NCBI GenBank assembly: GCA_050084515.1
Contig: CM114271.1
Location: 8,494,001-8,558,000, forward strand
Length of the DNA stretch: 64,000 bases
Source: Blasia pusilla
Taxonomy: Eukaryota
Reading direction: 5' to 3'
Shown here: one piece after another, positions 25,301-37,395 of the stretch
Numbering within the stretch: the stretch's first letter is position 1
Layout: every line of letters begins with the position of its first letter
Program-made: the position numbers and the translations under genes
Notes under the pieces: model-generated
Told to the model about the DNA's origin: nothing
Database searches by the model: none
Seen by the model: only the letters and a program-made list of their open reading frames with translations

Positions 25301-27116
25301 TTGAGCTCCTGAAACTCAGGTGTAGGCGCAAAAAGACCGTGAATAGTAGAAGGTTTGTTGATAATTTTGGGGGTGTGATTTTGCATTCTCTCTCGCCATT
25401 TGTTAACAATTAGTGAACTTCCTAATACTTCGTTCTGGACTAAGACATCGGATGGAGTAAATAGTGGTAGTTCTTCAAGAGTAATTGAGAGGTTGGGAAC
25501 AACTTCCGGGAGAGACTTTGTATGGTTGTCAAATTGGCGCTTCCAATGTTTGTTGACATAGTCGATCTCCTCGCTCATCTGATGATCGAAATTCTTGCGT
25601 GCTTCGTCGACTAATTCCTTGACATCTTCCGGGTCTAGCTGCACTTCGTTGAGCAGCTTCTGTTCTGCCTCGAAGATAACGATCCTCCCTATAGCCTCCG
25701 ACCATTGTGCCACTAAGTCTTTGTTTGTTTCTTGATGTTCTTGAAGCAACTTCGAAGACTAAGCATGTTGTGTGGCCAATTTCTTGAATTTGTTGCTAAT
25801 ACGATGCATTTGGTGTCGATATTGTTGAATCAGTTGCGAAGCTTCCCAGACCTGCAAAGCTAACTGATCAGCCCCACACTCCAGGTTAATCGCCAAGCTC
25901 TCCCATTGGCGTGCGTTCCGTGCTTTGTATTGACTCTCGACCAAGTCGCTTTGAACTTTGCGAAGCGTCGTCTTAGTGTCTTGGAGTTCTTGATCCCGCA
26001 ACTGAAGATTTGCTTCCGCCACTTTGCGTTGTGCTTCGTTCTCTGACAAAGATTGGGCCCTACAGTTGAGGTCATCAAGGTCTTGTAAATACTTGTCCAC
26101 CGCCGCTGTGTCTTCCAGGTGAACATGTTGTAGTTGATTCATGATCGGGACAGCCAAATTCAGGAACCACACCATGTCGTTGGATGTCTGGGACATGAGA
26201 CAAAGAGCAAGACGGTGATCGCTAGCACAAGACGTCTCGTCAGAGTCCTCTTGAGTTGCGGGCTCAGGTTCCAAGGGTGTTTCGAAATTGACTCTGCCGC
26301 GCTTTGGTCTTGGCAATTTGGTGAACTCCTCGGCCTTCCCTAAAGCCGAAGTATGCGGATGTTGCTTTGAGGCTGCTTCGCGTGGCGGGGTGACTTTACA
26401 GCTCCCACTAGTGACCGTTTTGGTCTTTATTGGCAAGCGAATGGAGTGACTTGCGACCAATCTAGCGCCTCATCGGCCGTCAATTCCTGCTTATGAATAT
26501 ACATATGGATCAAAAAAGGAGACATGAATGACTTCGTGCTCGGATGAAGTGATTCTAGCATTGCACGTACGTGCCCGTCCACAAAAGAAGCGAAGTCGAC
26601 TCCCGGTGCTTCGGGGTCCTGGTACTAATTCCAAAGGATATAGCACATCTTGACGAGCTTATTTTTGAGGTAGTAAGAACGAGCAGGATAAAACAAAGTC
26701 ATCATATGCTTGCAAAATTGTCCAAACAATGGCGGTGACAGCAAAGTAGCCTTGTAGCCATTCCTGCCAAGGAGATCAGACGTTACACAACCGAGTGCCA
26801 AAAAATCTTCGTGCTTTACCAGCAATTCGATGTCATACTCGTACTCTGGAGCATCCGAGAGCATAAACGTTGCTCGCTAGTCATCCGGCGTCCATTTTTG
26901 TGGCCGAGCTCGATACCGAAGACCCTCTCTTCAAAACTTGGCTGCTGCAGTCGAGGAATGAAGCTCCACGAGGAGTTCCCCGGATGTCAAGGTCCAATTT
27001 GCTTGAAAGAAAGTCGCCAAAGACCGTTCCTCAAGCGCTTCGACCAACTCTGGTGACAGCTTGACCATAGGCATGGCCGCACTTCGCAGAATGGGTGTGG
27101 AGTCTTCACAAGGCAT
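25300..27116 (-). pseudogene. Extra 3' ORF of gypsy copy 2 (coiled-coil rich, function unknown)
   Basis: ORFs 26931-27116, 26625-26864, 25759-26460 and 25237-25749 lie on the pol strand and are conserved with copy 1. Confidence 0.7.
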
Positions 27117-27449
27117 GCTAGTAGATCTCGGTGAACGCCCCGCTTTGGTCTACTATGCAACTTTGTGGTGACTCCGTCTATGAAAATACCCGTCCGATTA
27201 AGTAGGGACGCTTATATAGTCCCAGCGTTATGCGGGCTCTTGGCCTTGGCGCCGAGACTGCAATAGTCAATTTGGCGCTTCGCTCTTTTGCGAAGCTCAA
27301 AAACTCTCGCGCTTTGCGCCTCTGCGAAGCTCCCATACATTACGCTTTGCGCTTCTGCAAAGTTCCAATAACCTCGCGCTTCGCCCTTTTGCAAAGCTTC
27401 AGGCAGTCGCTCACCCCCTTCCCTTTGGTTTCAGTCCAGGTAGGGTTGA

Positions 27450-29748
27450 GGCTCATGATACCGCCGAACATGCATCCCATTCACACGAGTGGGCAGGGAT
27501 TCGCCTTGTAAGGTCCCCAACTGCAGTGATTCGTTATCATAGATGGCCAATACCCGGTAGGGTCCCATCCAGTTTAATTTTAACTTTCCGGGGAACTTTA
27601 GTCAACGGTTATCATACAATAGCACCAAGTCTCCAACACTTATAGATTGTGGCCGGAGATGTCGATCGTATCGTTGCTTGCGTTCATTTTGCACATGTTT
27701 GGTCTGGCGTAAAGCCAACATGCGTGCTTCCTCCAACGCAACTAAGGTCTCATTCCTTCCTTGGAAAACCTTGCCGACTGCCTCTGTTCTCGTTCCTTCC
27801 AACACTCGATAAGTGGTCAAAGCCCATTCAATAGGTGTTAAGGGATGAACGCCATAAGTCAGGAAGAACGGGGTATACTTTGTAGTAACCTTCTCGGCTA
27901 TTCGGTATGCCCATAATGCCACGGCGATTTTCATGTCCCAATCATAGGAATACGTTACCGTCAATCGATTCAATATTCGGCAGATCAGGCCGTTAGATTT
28001 TTCAGTCAACTCGTTGGCTTTAGGGTTGTAGGGCGTGGTCTTCCGATGCTTAATGAGAAAGTGTGACGTTAAAGACTAAATAGTTTGGTTCAGAAAATGG
28101 GTGCCTCAATCACTTACTAATTCCAATGGGCACCCATACCGGGTGATAATCATTTCGTATAAAAATTTGGCCACAGCCTCACTATCATCTCTGCGCGTCA
28201 CCACCGCCTCCACCATCTTGGTACAATAGTCGGTAGCTATCAAAATATATTTTTGCCTTGTGTGGCGAGTAGCAAGGGAAATGGGGCCAACAAAGTCAAT
28301 ACCCCATTTTTCAAACGGTGCTAGCGGCATGATGGGTATCAAAGGCCACCTTGAGGTAGCCGTTGGTCGACCTGCTCTTTGGCATGCATCACAACTTTGG
28401 ATAAAGTTACCTACATCTTTGTACATAATTGGCCACCAATAACGTGCGGACAAGATTTTCTTAACGGTATTTTTTACAGCGTAGTGTCCACCAGAATCAA
28501 CCGCATGCATGGCTCTTATGACGTGGAGGATTTCTTTTGCTTCCAAGCATGGCCGATATTATCCCCTGACATATCTCATATGGTCCTATCTTATGTAGAA
28601 AGAGTGCTCGTTCCTCCGCTGTCATAGGGGCGGGAAGTCGCAGAGTAATTAAGAAATGCAAAATATCTTCATAAAGGGATTGGCACAACCGGTCCTCCGT
28701 GATCTGGAACAGGTCTTCATCGGGAAAGGTGTCATCCACGGATTGTGTGAGGTCCGCGTTCGTCATCCTCAACCGGGAAAGAAAATCCGCGTTGGTATGA
28801 ACCTTGTCGGCCCGGGTAATGACATCAAATGTGAATTCTTGGAGTAACAGGATCCATCGCACAATGCGACCTGACAGGTCCGCCTTAATCATTAATGGTC
28901 GGAATGATCTACATGGAAGACAAACTCGTACCCTAATAAATAGTGACGGAACTTTTTGCACGAGAAGACCATGCCTAACGCCTCTCGTTCGGTAGTTGTA
29001 TATTTCTGTTCCGCTGAAGATAGTTGTCGGCCTGCTTAGTAAATCGGGAAATCATGTTTGTTCTCATCCAGCTGGCTGAGCACCACTCCAATGGCAAACG
29101 AGGATGTATCCACATATACGTGGAAGGGTTTGGTCCAATCGGGGGACCAAAGTACAGGAGCCTTTTGCAATGCTTCCTTTAAGGCGTCAAATGTTGCTTG
29201 GCAGGGTGGGGTCTACTCCCATTCGGTAGTTTTTTAAAATAATGTGGTAAGGGCTCCTGCTTTCACCGCGTAATCCCTAATAAACCATCGGTAATATTGG
29301 ACGTGTTCCAAGAATCCTCTCAATTCTCGGAGATTTTTGGGTGGTTCCAATGCGACGATAATATCCACCTTGGCCTTGTCGACTTCAATTCCTTGAGCCG
29401 ACACTCTGTGCCCCAACAAAATCCCTTGTTTATGGCAATATACGATTTTTCCAGATGGAGGGACAAATGCACTTCGCGACAACGAGCGAGGTTTAATTCT
29501 AATTTTTCCAAGTGTTCGGCTTATGTACTGAAGATACAAAAGTCATCTAGGAAAATTTCAACAAACTTCCGCAGATACTCTTGGAAGATGGAGATCATCA
29601 TCCGTTGGAAGGTGGCCGGCACATTGCACAACCCAAAGGGCATCACACGATATGCGAAAGTTCCCCCGTCCGTGGTGAAAGTTGTGAGGGGCCGATCTTT
29701 TTCTCGTATGGATACCTGGTTATAAGCCGAGTATCCATCCAAAAAGAT
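27450..29748 (-). pseudogene. Gypsy copy 2 pol, part 3 (RT C-terminus, RNase H, integrase)
   Basis: MPFGLCN, IFLDDFCIF, CDACQR, WGIDFVGP, ELVSD and ALWAYR motifs. Confidence 0.9.
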
Positions 29749-30747
29749 GGGGCTGGTATTCTGACAGGAGAGAGTAAGAGAGGAGAGTCTCTCTTAAAAA
29801 AAAAAGGCCAAATCCGCCTCCTCTCTTCAAAACTTTTTGACATATTTGAAATTTTTGTTTGCTTTAAAATTCAGGAAATCTTTAGAAGAGAGTATTTAGT
29901 GGTCCATATTTGGCCCTAAAAAACCTCCTCTTTCTCGGGGCGAGAAAAAAAGGAGACATCATAAGACCACCTAAACATTTTCCATCACTCTCCATGTGAG
30001 CCTAAGTTTCTTAACATTCCTGTCTCGGTCAACAAAAAGCGTGCCCTTGGTATTTTTGTTGGAGGACCACCCGGATGGGTACCTCTCTTTGCAGGATTGT
30101 TTGCATCATGGCCTCCCTAAATTGCCCCATAACCAACTTTTTCGGTTATGAATGGTGTCGACTCAAGACCAACTTTCTGAAATGTGAACAAATCAGATCC
30201 TTAGGTGAGAAACGAGAGTTGCACCCCTCCCAACCCGTAAGAAAGCTCACCATAAGAAACGAAATATTTTTAGAAGTGATTTTCTTCCACCCTGCACCCA
30301 CGACGATCTAACGGGTTGGGAATCCGAAATGGCAATCCGACAGGTAGTAGGAATCCTGCACATCTTAGACAAGAAAAGAAGCCTACAACTAGTTGGACGA
30401 ATGAAGGGAAACGAGCCAAAAGTCAAGAAGCCGCCACAATGCGCCAGAAGTTGGTCTCTGCGGGATAGAGTCCGATCACTCAAGCAGTCAACCTGTCGGA
30501 ATCCGACAGGTTTCTTGGAAATGGTTAAAAAGTTGCAGTGGGCAAAAAGCAAAAAGTCGGAATCATACGAGTTGCAGAATTGTAATTATGAGTAGCTAAA
30601 AGAACACAATCCACAAGTCCAAAAACATATTCCAGAAAACTTTTACAAACACTATTATGGGTTGAAAAAATCTCGTCCTTTATTACCTCCAAAGGAACCT
30701 CGGAATTGTACATTTCACCTAGTCTATGATTTCTTTAGCCTCGTCAT

Positions 30748-31008
30748 CTACAAATTTACTCCTAACTCTCCTCGGTGACAGTACCAAAGGAATGTCCTGG
30801 GATTCAAGTGGCTCCTTTGGCCGATTGTAGACGGGGATCGAAAATGTTGGCGAATTCGAGAGCCTTGGCCCCTCCCTAGGTACACCATAACGGTCCCATG
30901 TAACCTGTCTCGAGTCCCACCACCTTCCTCGGCAGTATACCTTGTACGCTCTGCAATGTGACACCCATCCAATATCAATATCTGCTCCGTCCCCGGTAAT
31001 ACCATTAT
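30748..31008 (-). CDS. Small conserved ORF (about 85 aa) downstream of the ParB-MTase gene
   Basis: The same frame and stop position are kept in diverged copy E (11959-12201), with several synonymous changes. Confidence 0.4.
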   Translation of the reverse strand: MMVLPGTEQILILDGCHIAERTRYTAEEGGGTRDRLHGTVMVYLGRGQGSRIRQHFRSPSTIGQRSHLNPRTFLWYCHRGELGVNL

Positions 31009-31533
31009 GGCAACCGCACAGGTAGAAGGAATCCAACACGTCTGAGAGAAGAAAAGAAGAAGCCTACGCCTGCCTTTACGAGTTGAGGGGAAGGTGCCAA
31101 GGGAAGAAGCCCACCAGACTGCCTCTTAAGTTGGACCAACAGGGAAAGGGTCTGATTAGGCAACCTGTCGGAATCAGACAGGTTGCCTGGAGGTGGTAAA
31201 AAGGGTGCAGTGGTCAAAAAGCGAAAAGTTGCAAGGAGGAGAAATCCGACGGGTTGCAGTGGTCATAAAGTGAAAGTTGCAAGCAGGAGAAATCCGACGG
31301 GTTGCAAAATAGAAGTCCGTGGAGTACATAGACGATCACATTCGTAAAGACAAAAAATGATCAGCAAACATTTACAAGCACCATCATCGATCGAAAAAAT
31401 CTTCTTCTTTATATCATCCAAAAAAAGCTCGGAACTGTACATTTGATCTATTCTATGAAATCTTTTGCCTCATTATCAAAAAACTCCCTACTCCAAACGC
31501 TGCAGTCAAGCTGGGTCGTTGAGTTCTTTGAAC

Positions 31534-34500
31534 TCACTCGTCATCGTCCGAGAGCTCTTGCAAAATCACTTTCGGCCTTGCCCTCCTGATTTTGGGAATC
31601 GTTGGAAGTGACGATGGAGTCACTACCAAGGGTGGCTCTGGAACCGGAGCTCTCGGCTTCGGTGGAGAGTTGTACGCCCCAACGAGCCTTTTGTATTCTG
31701 CCTTTGCCTCCTTGCAAAGGTCAAATAGTACCTGCCTTCCTCAGGCGAGAAGAATGTTCTGCCACTCGCGGGCGCCTTTGATACTTGCCCTGAAAAGTCC
31801 CACTAAGTCGAACACCAAGTCACCCGGCCTTGAGCACGGACTCAATGAGCGTTTGAATCGGGTGGCGACTTTTCCCTTCCTCCCGTAAGTGGGTATCTTG
31901 TCTTGCATGTAAATTCCTGGGGGGGAATTGTACAAACTATCTAAGCTGTACCCATCTGAGCATGGATCCACAGGATCCCGGATCTTGAACAGCTGGAAAT
32001 TGTGCTTGGGCCGATCGAAGCAGTAGACGTAGGAGTGGTCCATTTGTAAATCAGCACGTTGGAAACAATGTCAGAAACTAAAGAAGTCGCCTTGAGAAGA
32101 TTTTCAATAACAGACTTTGGATCAACCTGTCGGAGTCTGACGGGTTGTTTTGTCCCATATCAACCCATCGGAACCCGACGGGTTGCAGTTGCTTTTGGAT
32201 TTTCCCAGTTGATTTTGGTTTTTGGATGCAACCCGTCGGAAGGCGACGGGTTGCTAGCCTAGAGCAACCCATGCTGGCTTGAGAGCAACCCATCGCTATC
32301 AGGCGGGTTGCATCCAAAACCAAAATAAACGGGAAAACTCCAAAAGCAATCGCAACCCGTCGGTTCGACGGAGTTTGCGTACACCGCGTTTTCCCTGTGT
32401 ATGTGGGAAAGATGCAACCGTCGAAAACCGACGGGTTGCTCTCACCGAGCATGGGTCGCTCTAAACCCGACAAGAACCCGCCTTCCGACGGGTTACTCAC
32501 GGACAAAAAAAACCCAGATTGACTCTCATTCTACACATCATTATAAGATAATTGAAATTATTGTACAGGAATTGAGCCTTACCCGAATCTGACTCGTCGC
32601 GGATCGGAGTGGGTACTCGTTTTTATGATCCACGACAGCCGTCCTCCACTTTAGCGACCTCTTGGCGACTGGAGGTTGAAGAGCTCGCCCTCGCTCCCTC
32701 CATCAATACCAAGAAGCAGCCCCTGTCACTCGGATAGGCGTCGCAAAGGAGAACAAAAGTGCAACTGGTCATAAGTGAGCGGCACATTCCACTCAGTACC
32801 TCGTCCGCCGGATTTTCGCCCCACAATCGCAACCTCGAGGGCAGATCGGCGATCAAGAGATCCACCGCAACCTCTTCCACCACTCCATTCACCGTCCAGG
32901 CAACGTGCCCGTTTTGTTGGAGCTTCCGCCCTAGCGTTGTCAATTTTTGATGGCGGTTGTCGACGCTTGAGAATCTATTCGGCTCATCGAAGAAAGAGGT
33001 GAATCGAAGGAGGACGCTTGTCGGGTCGTTGTTTGTCTGTCTTCCCAAGGATGATGGGTGTATTCTCCTTGGGACAACCTGTGCACCTCTCGCTCGCTTC
33101 TCTCCCTAGTCAGGGACGGCTTGTCGGGGTTTCTATGACCTCGGATTCGTGGCGTTTTCTTCGCCGAGGACTTGGTCCGACCCTCTCTCCCGCTTTCGTC
33201 CGGACGATTCCGCCTCGGCCTCTCATCTTGAGGCTCTCTTTGGGAAGTCTCGGCCTCTGAATTTTTCCCTCCCCTCGCCTTGCCTTTGAGACCCATTTGT
33301 GGATTTGTCTTTGGCTGTCCGGACCTTGGAAGCCAACTCGGCTATCTCGTGGGCTGCTCTTCTGCATCTCCTCGAAGAAGTCTTCAGCGGACGAAATTGG
33401 GGATGTCGTCTTGTCTGAGGCCCTTTGCATCATGAAGCACTCGTAATTCCTTATCCGTGATGTCTTCAGGATCGTTGAAGTCGAGCCAAATGGGGCAATT
33501 CTCCACCTCCCAATCGGACATGTGCTGCCCCATCTCCACGTCGTACATGGAGAATGTCTCTGCATCCGGCGGCGAAGCCCACAATTTCAAGGCTGCTGGT
33601 AATTTTCCCCACGTACCTGCGTTCTTACATTGGATGAGGTACCTGAAGACCATCCGTTGGGCAGCTTTTAGTTGAACAGAATCGGCCGTCTGCTCCTGTA
33701 GATCTCGCTTCTTCTTCGCTTGATCCCGTTTGTTCCCCTCTACTTCTTTGTCAAGCTCTGCCTGAGGGAGGACGCAAACCTTGAACATGGTCTTGAATCC
33801 AGGGTTTTTGGTTGGCTTGTCCCGGATGTCGTGGAGCCAAACTTGTAGTCTCCAGAATTTTCAAGGTTTGCTTCCGGCGGAATGGGCTCTAATCTTCGAG
33901 CTCGCTTGCGGACCGTCGCCCAAAGACGGACTTCCCGATTACCGCAACGCGCCCCGTAACGACCATTCGCGTAGCTAATGCGAGATCATCGGATCGGACA
34001 CACCCTAAGGATGGTGTGCCGCCCTCTTCCGGGCCTCTCAACCTCGAGATCGATTTTCATCGATCGTATCCTCTGAACTCGCTAATCCCGGATAACGCAA
34101 AACGATGCACGCGATCCGGCGACACTTTCTCCCCAATCCGACCATGCGGATCTTCATCCCTCTTCCGACGCTTGATAATCGCCTTGACTCCTTGTAGAAC
34201 TCCGGACCAAGTTTGGGGTTGAGAATGCTCATGTATCGCTGCATCTTGCTCGCCCAGCGTATTTTTTGCAGCAGATACAAACGGCTTGATGAATTTGGCG
34301 CGCCAGACGCAGATACCTTCTCCCTCCGCTCGGCTCCATTGCGGCGCTTTTTTCTTGCGGCTTTGTATCTTCGACCAAAGCAAAGGATGGTTACTGGCTT
34401 TGCATCTTGAGAAATAAACTTGTTTGCCCAAGTTTTCTTCTTAATCTGAGCACCCTTTGCAAGCATCATCTGATTGACAAGGGCATCGCCAAGAACCCCA

Positions 34501-36100
34501 GTACTCTCCCGGTGCGTCGTAAGCACCTTCCTCACCCGATCGCAGTCCTGGATCCAATGGTGGGTGACATTCCCTTCCGATACAATCCTGCACATCCAAA
34601 CTCAACCCGTCAGGAAATTACATGGGTTCCTACAACCCGTCGGACTCCAACGGGTCGTCACAGCTCAAGGTCGGATTCTAGCAACAAGCTAAATGATGCA
34701 ACCCATCGGAGTCCGACGGATTGCATTCAGATAAGCAAACCGTCGGACTCCGACGGTTTGCTTTGGGCCAAAAACTAGTCAAATCTATGTTCAATCAAAC
34801 AAGTCGTCGGAGTCCGACGAGTTGCTTTCGGCAAAAACAAACCTAACCCATTCATCAATCGAGCAACTCGTCGGAGTTCGACGAGTTGAGAAAGTGTTAA
34901 AGATACTCACGTGTTCATGGCATGCATTGCCATCTCCACCGTCGCCATGTGATGAGGGTATGGGTGAAGGACCACTGCCTTCACGCAGAAATGTGCCTCC
35001 AATGAGTTGGGCCGCTCCTCTGCAAATTTGGTCCACGCCATGAACCTGTGATTTCCATCCTAGATGAAGAAATGCAGATTCCTCATCCAGCTGAATTCCG
35101 TGCCCTCAACTTGCCTTCTGAAGTCCTGGTCTCGCATCCTTCAGAATGTGTCGAGCTTTTCCAAGTCCTCCTCGGTAACCACAGCTTGGGTTCCATGCTT
35201 GTCGTAAGGCTGAACATAGAAGGGAGGAAAGCTGTCGACGTAGGATGTTGTCGCCGCCGATTGTTTTAGCTTCGCGATGTCCTCGTCGGACTAAATTTCG
35301 CGGACGTATTCCATTGTCCGCAATCGGTAGAGTGGAATCCTCGGGGCGTTGTGGCCCTCCATGAGTGCCATCTGCTTTACCACTTGTCAGAACCGGGACA
35401 AGAATAAGCTACACTAGAATCCCAATGAATTGCAATTCTCATAATTAAAAAAACCCAGAACCTCTCTTACCCGCTCGAAAATGGGGTCGGTTTCTTGACC
35501 AGCTAACTTGTCTGCGACAGAGGCTGGCAAATCGACTGGAAACTCGTCGATCCGATAGAGGTCGATGACCTCTGCCAGGCTTGGAGTCGAGAATGACCGC
35601 TCTCCGGCTTCTTCGGCCATGTCCACCATCTCCACGTTGGCGGTCCTCATGACCTCGTCGTCATCGATTTCAACTTCTCTTGTTTCCACTATGTTGATTG
35701 TGTCCCCGGACTTTGTGGGGGACATTTTTCGCATCTCAACACTTGCGGTTGGACGGGCTGGGCTATCGTCAATGGCTATCACTTTTTCCCTCCTCGCTTT
35801 AGCCAATTCTGCCCTCCTCACCGACGCGTCAAGACGCTTCTTTTCTCTCTTTTCGTCGGCGATCCTTTTCTTCAAGGCCTGCGACGTCTCGGCCTCTTTG
35901 TTCTCTTTATCTAGCGCCTCTTGAACACGTCTTGCAAGAAGCACTTGGTTATGCATCTCCGCTTCCCTTTCCCGCTCCTCGATTTCCTGCTGCCTAATTT
36001 CATTCGCCGAACGAGGCCCAGGAGAAGCTGACGTAGGAGTCCTAATGGACTTGGGAGTGAAGCTCCCAGACTTGTTGGCTTGTGATTTTTTCCTCGTCAT
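31534..36100 (-). pseudogene. Four-exon ParB/Srx-domain plus amino-methyltransferase-like gene, copy B
   Basis: Exons are about 36100-35471, 35383-34911, 34587-32583 and 32043-31534, with GT donors and compatible phases. Exon 2 reads IPL.RL..M..VR....DIAKLK...FFI*DGNHRFMAW. VDLLIADLPS and GDLVFDLVGL motifs are present. Confidence 0.78.
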
Positions 36101-36374
36101 TTTTGCCGGAAATGCCTCCACCTATGTCCACGACAAATTCCTTGATCAGTCGCCTTGCTGATGTCGAGATGGGAGCTCGAATCGCCTTGATGGTTAGCTC
36201 GAATCGTCCCGCTATCGCTCGGTCGAACCGTCTCGCTCTCGTTCCCTCCTATCGACTCGCGATGTGTTGCCGTGTGAAATGCCCCTTCGTATCTGATCAG
36301 CTGCTGCGTGGGAGAGTGAGGAGTGAGGAATGAAGATCGCGAAATGAGAAACCGGAAATGAGCAATTTCTGCCC

Positions 36375-36382
36375 TATTTATA
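36375..36382 (-). promoter_or_regulatory. Putative TATA box of the ParB-MTase gene
   Basis: TATAAATA on the minus strand at the edge of the palindrome array. Copy C has TATAAAC near 49464-49470. Confidence 0.45.
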
Positions 36383-36469
36383 CTTTTCTAGCCGTTGGGC
36401 TGACCGTTGGGTCCCGTCCTCCTTTCGACGGCGACGTGCCGGATGTTACGGAAGTCCGAACGTGAAAAA

Positions 36470-37190
36470 TGGCAGCCCGTCGAAGTCCGACAGGTGGCGC
36501 GGCTCCGCCATCCTGGGTACGTCGCCACGTGTGCGAGCAACCCGTCGGAGACCGACGGGTCGAGCGCCTCCGTCGTCTTGGAAAAAGAACGCGAGGTACC
36601 CGCGCAACCCGTCGGAGACCAACATGTTGCGCGCCTCCACCATCCTGGGTACGTCCCCACATGCGCAAGCAACCCGTCGAAGACCGACGGGTTGAGCGCC
36701 TCCGTCGTCTTCGGAAAACAACGCAAGGTACCCGCGCAACCCGTCGAAGCCCGACATGTTGCGCGCCTCCGCCGTGTTTGGGACGGGAACAGGACCTATC
36801 TTGGGCAATCCGTCGGAGACCGTTGGGTTGCACGCTTCCCTCATCAAGGGTTAGGAACGAGGGCTTCCCGTGCAAGTCGTCGGAGTCTGGCTGGCTGCAC
36901 CACAAGGCGAGGCCCTTGCGCAACCCGTTGGACGGCGACGGGTTGCACGCTTCGCCGTCTTTGGGCTAAAAGGCGAGGCACCCGCGACACTCGTCGGGAA
37001 CAGACGGTTTGCACGCCTCCGGCATCTTCAGGCAAGAAGGATCAGTATCCGAACAACTCGTCGGAGAGCGACGGGTTGCTCGCTTCGAAAATGTTTCGCA
37101 GAAGCGTGCAACCTGTCCGATGCCGACGGGTTGCAGGCTTCGGTTAGCTTCGGGTAATTTCTGAGTTACCAGGACTCCGACGGGTTCCAA
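36470..37190. repeat. Palindrome array in the divergent intergenic region of copy B
   Basis: Copies start near 36473, 36538, 36605, 36670, 36737, 36806, 36873, 36921, 36987, 37054 and 37109, with a 65-69 bp period and a 132-bp dimer. Confidence 0.9.
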
Positions 37191-37343
37191 GTGTGATTCG
37201 CAACCCTCTGCTTCCCAAATCCGGTAACATATTGCAATAGAATTGAATGTGTTACAGAATTGGATCCATTGTGTCAGACAATGTCACCCACCGAATTCAT
37301 CTTGTCAATAAAAAACTGTCAAGAGTATCTGTTTCCTATTCAC

Positions 37344-37350
37344 TATAAAT
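37344..37350 (+). promoter_or_regulatory. Putative TATA box of the transposase gene
   Basis: TATAAAT about 50 bp upstream of ATG 37396, conserved at about 50430. Confidence 0.5.
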
Positions 37351-37395
37351 TAAATATTCTCATTCTCAGTCTCCTCCCGTTGGAATCTTCTTGGA

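Noticed and set aside
36470-37190. CRISPR-like appearance (25-bp palindromic repeats with about 40-bp spacers)
   Set aside because: Repeats are degenerate, spacers resemble each other (132-bp dimer), the same spacers recur in each element copy, no cas genes are present, and the context is eukaryotic with introns.
36378-37190. Long overlapping Arg-rich ORFs (also 49466-50326, 57-563, 39399-39947)
   Set aside because: They are translations of the palindrome (ATRRSPTG, QPVGxRRV, NPSESDGL) in GC-rich stop-poor repeats.
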